Shown piece by piece: positions 59,813 through 64,000 of a stretch of DNA of 64,000 nucleotides. The notes under the pieces are model-generated. The model was given only the letters and a program-made list of their open reading frames with translations. It was not told where the DNA came from and did not search any database. Positions within the stretch are counted from its first letter, which is position 1; each line of letters starts with the position of its first letter. The stretch covers positions 7,232,001-7,296,000 of the forward strand of contig OZ245006.1 in assembly GCA_965223545.1 (NCBI GenBank), written 5' to 3'. The position numbers and the translations under genes are program-made. The stretch is from Planctomycetota bacterium (GTDB lineage: Bacteria > Planctomycetota > UBA1135 > UBA2386).

Positions 59813-61066
59813 ATGGCGCGCACCGCAAAGCCGAAGATCACCAAGGAGCTGGTCGAGCAGCTGCCGAAGTCCGACCTGCACGTGCATCTCGACGGCAGCA
59901 TGCGGCTGGAGACGCTGATCGAGCTGGCGAAGGAGCGCCGCGTCAAGCTGCCGAGTGCGACCCCATCCGGCCTGCGTCGTACCGTCTTCAAGCGCGCCTA
60001 CCAGAACCTGCCCGAATACCTCAAGGGTTTCGAGTTCACCGTCGCCTGCCTCCAGGACGCCGAGGCGTTGGAGCGGGCCGCCTACGAGCTGTGCTGGGAC
60101 TGCATCGCCGAGAACGTCTACTACGTCGAGATCCGGTTCGCGCCGCAGCTGCACGTGCGGGGTGCGTTCGATCTGCGCCAGGTGTTGCGCGCGGTCTCGC
60201 GCGGCGCCGATCGCGCGCGCGCCGAGATCAACCGCACTCCCGAGATCCGCTCCGGCGCGCGTCCCGAATTCGCCTGCGGCATCATCGTCTGTGCGATGCG
60301 CTACTTCGAGCCGTTCTTCTCCGAGCACTACGGCAGCTACTTCGACGCGCTGCGCACGGCGCCGCGGGCGACGATCTACGCGCTGGCTTCGATGGAGCTG
60401 GCGCGGGCGACGGTGCAGGCGGCGGAAGAGGACGGGCTGCCGGTGGTCGGGCTCGATCTGGCCGGGCAGGAGCGCGGCTTTCCGGCCAAGGACCACCAGG
60501 CGGCCTATCAGCTGGTGCACGATCACTTTCTCGGCAAGACCGTGCACGCCGGCGAGGACTACGGGCCCGAGTCGATCTTTCAGGCGATCACCGACCTGCA
60601 CGCCGACCGCATCGGGCACGGCACTTGGTTGTTCTCGACGAAGCACATCCAGGACCGTGCGATCCGGGATCGCAAGGCCTACGTCGATGCGCTGGTGCGC
60701 TATGTGGCCGACCGGCGGATCACGCTGGAGGTGTGCTTGACCAGCAACCAGCAGACCATTCCCGAACTGCGCGATCGGCTCGACCGGCACCCGTTCCGCC
60801 ACATGCGGCGTGCGCGCCTGAGTGTGGCGCTGTGTACCGATAACCGCTTGGTTTCACGGACGACCGTAACCAACGAAGTGTGGAAGGCGGTGGAGACCTT
60901 CCGCCTGACCCCCAAGGAGCTGAAGAACGTGCTGATCTACGGCTTCAAGCGGTCTTTTTATCGAGGCACATACCCGGAGAAGCGCCGCTACATCCGGAAC
61001 GTGTTGGATCATCTCGAGGCCACCATGCTGGCGCACGGGTTCGAGGTGCGCGAGGGGCGCGCGTGA
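59813..61066 (+). CDS. add: Adenosine deaminase family protein
   Basis: LPKSDLHVHLDGS, EIRFAP, DLAGQE, TVHAGE, RIGHG, EVCLTSN and CTDN motifs. Confidence 0.88.
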   Translation: MARTAKPKITKELVEQLPKSDLHVHLDGSMRLETLIELAKERRVKLPSATPSGLRRTVFKRAYQNLPEYLKGFEFTVACLQDAEALERAAYELCWDCIAENVYYVEIRFAPQLHVRGAFDLRQVLRAVSRGADRARAEINRTPEIRSGARPEFACGIIVCAMRYFEPFFSEHYGSYFDALRTAPRATIYALASMELARATVQAAEEDGLPVVGLDLAGQERGFPAKDHQAAYQLVHDHFLGKTVHAGEDYGPESIFQAITDLHADRIGHGTWLFSTKHIQDRAIRDRKAYVDALVRYVADRRITLEVCLTSNQQTIPELRDRLDRHPFRHMRRARLSVALCTDNRLVSRTTVTNEVWKAVETFRLTPKELKNVLIYGFKRSFYRGTYPEKRRYIRNVLDHLEATMLAHGFEVREGRA

Positions 61067-61249
61067 TCTCGCGGGCGCGGTGGGCGACGGTGGCATCGCG
61101 CGCTGGGCACCGCCCCGGTTTGCCCGACGACGCTGCCCGATTCTGCTATTCTGGGTAGCGCTGAATGCACGCGCATGGAGGCGCGTGGCCGCCTGCCTGA
61201 ACGGCGGGAAGGACTGTCCCATCGCCGGAGCCCCCCCCGAATTTCACCC

Positions 61250-64000
61250 ATGCGCAAGTCGATCGCCCTGGCCGTTTTTGGTGCCGCATGTACGGCGCCG
61301 CTCGCCGCACAGTTCCCCACCCTGATCAAGGACATCAACGCGACCGTGCGGACTTCGACGGATCCCAGCTCCAACCCGCGCGGCTTCGCGCGGGCGGGCG
61401 GACCGCTGGTGTTCGCGGCGCAGACGTCGAGCGTCGGCGTCGAGCTGTTCTTCACGGCTGGCGCACCCGGCACGACGCTGCTGGTCCGAGACATCTTCCC
61501 CGGTGTGTCGAGCTCCAACCCCCGGCAGATCACGCCCGTCGGCAACCGGGCGTTCTTCATCGCCAACGACGGCGTCGCCGGCGATGAGCTGTGGGTCACC
61601 GACGGCACCGCATCGGGCACGCGGCTGGTCGTCGATCTGGTGCCGGGGCTGCAGAGCTCGGGGCCGGCGGAGCTGACCGAGATGGGCGGAGTGCTCTACT
61701 TCGTCGCGTCGGACGCGCTCAGTGGCCGTGAGCTGTGGCGTTCGGACGGCACCGCCGCGGGCACCGTGCGGGTCGCGGACCTACGGCCGGGCCCGTTGAG
61801 CGCGCTGCCGGCATCGCTCGAGGCGGTCGGCAACCAGCTCTACTTCCGCGCCAACGACGGTGCCACCGGCGCGGAGCTGTGGGTCACGAACGGCACGGCG
61901 GCCAGCACGCGGCTCGTGGCGGACATCGTCGCGGGTGTGCAGGGCTCATCTCCTGCGGGGCTGACCGCTGTCGGCACCGAGGTCTACTTCCGCGCTGATG
62001 ACGGGCAGAACGGCGTCGAGCTTTGGCGCAGCAACGGCACCTCGGCCGGCACCCGGCTCGTGCGCGACGTGATGCCCGGCGCGGGTGGCTCTTCGCCGTC
62101 GTCCTTCACCGAGCAGGGCGGCGTGCTCTACTTCACCGCGAACGACGGCACAAACGGCGCCGAGCTCTGGCGTTCCGACGGCTCGTTCGGCGGTACGTTC
62201 ATGCTGCGCGACATCCGAGTCGGCAGCGGCGGCTCGTCTCCCGGCGAGCTGACGCCCCTGCAGAACTCGGTGTTGTTCTCAGCCGACGACGGCGTGTCGG
62301 GCATCGAGCTCTGGATCACCGACGGCACGCAGAACGGCACCCTGTTGGTGCGCGACATCAACGTCGGCAGCGTGTCGTCCAACCCCGCGGCGCTGTTCGT
62401 GTCGGGTACGACCGCGTACTTCCGGGCCACCGACGGCACCGGCGGGGTCGAGCTCTGGCGGACCAATGGCACCACGGCGAGCACGGCGCAGATGGTCGAC
62501 ATCAATCCGGGCTCCAGCAGTTCGACCCCGGGTGAGTTCACCACTGTGAGCGGTAATCGCTTCGTGTTCTCCGCCAACAATGGTCGGGTCGGCAGCGAGC
62601 TGTGGACCAGCGACGGCACCGTCGCCGGCACCGTACTGCTCGAGAACATCAACCGCGGAGCAGCGCCGACGACCTTGTCGTCGAACGCGGGCGGAATGAT
62701 CGATTTCCTCGGGTTCACCGTGTTCACCGCCAACGACGGGATCGCGGGCGATGAGGTCTGGGTGAGCGATGGCACGGCGGCCGGGACGCGGCTGTTGGCC
62801 GACATCCAGGTCGGCGCGGGTGGTTCGGGGCCGGGTGAGTACACCCTGGTCGGCAACCGCGTCTACTTCGCCGCCGACGACGGCGTCGCCGGCGACGAGC
62901 TTTGGGTGACCGACGGCACCGGCCCTGGCACTCGGCTGGTGGCCGACGTCGCGGTCGGCGCATCGAGTTCGGCGCCGATCGAGTTGGTCGGCATCGAGGA
63001 CCGCCTGTTCTTCAGCGCGGTCGATACGATCAGCGGGCGGGAGCTTTGGGTGTCCGACGGCACGTCCGGCGGCACCACCCTGGTGCGCGACATCAACCCC
63101 GGCATTGCCAGCTCGACTCCGTCGCAGCTCGTCGACGTCAACGGAACGCTCTTGTTCTCGGCGAACAACGGCACCAGCGGCACCGAACTGTGGCGGAGCA
63201 ACGGTTCGCCGGCAGGCACCTTCCTGTTGGCGGACATCGCCGCAGGGGCGTCCAGCTCGAGTCCGCAGAACATGACCGTGGTCGACAACCGCGCGTTCTT
63301 CAGCGCGACCGACGGCAGCGTCGGACGCGAGCTCTACGTCTCCGACGGCACGGTGGCCGGCACGCAGCTGGTGGCCGATATCGTCACCGGCTCGGGCTCC
63401 TCCAACCCCTCGCAGCTGGCGGCCGTCGGCGGATCGCTGTTCTTTGCGGTGGACGATGGCAGCGTCGGCAACGAGCTGTGGATCTCCGATGGCACGGCGT
63501 CGGGCACTTCTTTGGTGCGCGACATCAATCCGGGCCTGGGCTCGTCGTCCAACCCGGCGGAGATCGTCGACAGCTTCGGCATCGCGGTGTTTGCGGCCGA
63601 TGACGGCACCAACGGCCGCGAGCTGTGGGCCAGCGACGGGACCGCTGCCGGCACCTCGATGATCGCCGACATCAACAGCTCGGCGTCCAGCACGAGCTCC
63701 AACCCCAACGCGCTGACCGCGGTCGGCGAGCGCTTCGTCTACTTCTACGCCGATGAGGGCCTCGGCTCCGGCGGCGAGCCGTTCGTCTCGGACGGCACCG
63801 CGTCGGGGACGTTCCAGCTCTCCGATCTGCGGCCGGGCAGCTCGTCGTCGTTCTGCGCCAATGGCACCAGCACGCCGGCCCAACCGACGCACTTCGTGCT
63901 CTCGGGCGGCCAGGTGCAGTTCTTCGCCGACGACGGCACGGTCGGCTGCGAGCCGTGGGTGACCAACACCGGCGCTTCGAGCCAAGCGGTCGGCGACCCG
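61250..64000 (+). CDS. Second secreted ELWxxDGT-repeat protein, truncated by the window end
   Basis: ATG 61250 MRKSIALAVFGAACTAPLAA-QF, then open-frame ELWxxDGT repeats to the window end; absent from the ORF track because it has no stop. Confidence 0.9.
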   Translation, partial: MRKSIALAVFGAACTAPLAAQFPTLIKDINATVRTSTDPSSNPRGFARAGGPLVFAAQTSSVGVELFFTAGAPGTTLLVRDIFPGVSSSNPRQITPVGNRAFFIANDGVAGDELWVTDGTASGTRLVVDLVPGLQSSGPAELTEMGGVLYFVASDALSGRELWRSDGTAAGTVRVADLRPGPLSALPASLEAVGNQLYFRANDGATGAELWVTNGTAASTRLVADIVAGVQGSSPAGLTAVGTEVYFRADDGQNGVELWRSNGTSAGTRLVRDVMPGAGGSSPSSFTEQGGVLYFTANDGTNGAELWRSDGSFGGTFMLRDIRVGSGGSSPGELTPLQNSVLFSADDGVSGIELWITDGTQNGTLLVRDINVGSVSSNPAALFVSGTTAYFRATDGTGGVELWRTNGTTASTAQMVDINPGSSSSTPGEFTTVSGNRFVFSANNGRVGSELWTSDGTVAGTVLLENINRGAAPTTLSSNAGGMIDFLGFTVFTANDGIAGDEVWVSDGTAAGTRLLADIQVGAGGSGPGEYTLVGNRVYFAADDGVAGDELWVTDGTGPGTRLVADVAVGASSSAPIELVGIEDRLFFSAVDTISGRELWVSDGTSGGTTLVRDINPGIASSTPSQLVDVNGTLLFSANNGTSGTELWRSNGSPAGTFLLADIAAGASSSSPQNMTVVDNRAFFSATDGSVGRELYVSDGTVAGTQLVADIVTGSGSSNPSQLAAVGGSLFFAVDDGSVGNELWISDGTASGTSLVRDINPGLGSSSNPAEIVDSFGIAVFAADDGTNGRELWASDGTAAGTSMIADINSSASSTSSNPNALTAVGERFVYFYADEGLGSGGEPFVSDGTASGTFQLSDLRPGSSSSFCANGTSTPAQPTHFVLSGGQVQFFADDGTVGCEPWVTNTGASSQAVGDP

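Overview
High-GC bacterial chromosome segment, most likely from a Planctomycetota (PVC) genome: it carries the PVC signature small basic protein, four ECF sigma factors, two Ser/Thr kinase-TPR proteins and many secreted repeat proteins. About 50 CDS are supported, including rnpA, yidD, ndk, an NFACT/RqcH protein, hslU, queE, a PNPase, adenosine deaminase, two VPS10/BNR propeller proteins and two ELWxxDGT-repeat proteins. Features not visible in the ORF track: (1) an IS110 element (39527-41461) whose long non-coding end contains a readable bridge-RNA-like sequence with four guide segments matching its own target and donor junctions, and whose recombinase has Thr where the catalytic Ser is expected; (2) this IS110 interrupts one copy of a dispersed repeat family, with an intact 331-bp MITE-like copy at 55197-55527 stacked next to an IS1634 on a shared CTAG; (3) a second, REP/REPIN-like 32-bp repeat family, one inverted pair of which brackets a small membrane ORF; (4) an AhpD-like selenoprotein split by an in-frame UGA (CxxU) with a SECIS-like hairpin; (5) Gln at +1 after all 11 predicted SPase I signal peptides. 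No rRNA, tRNA or CRISPR array was seen. All calls are by eye; no database search was run.
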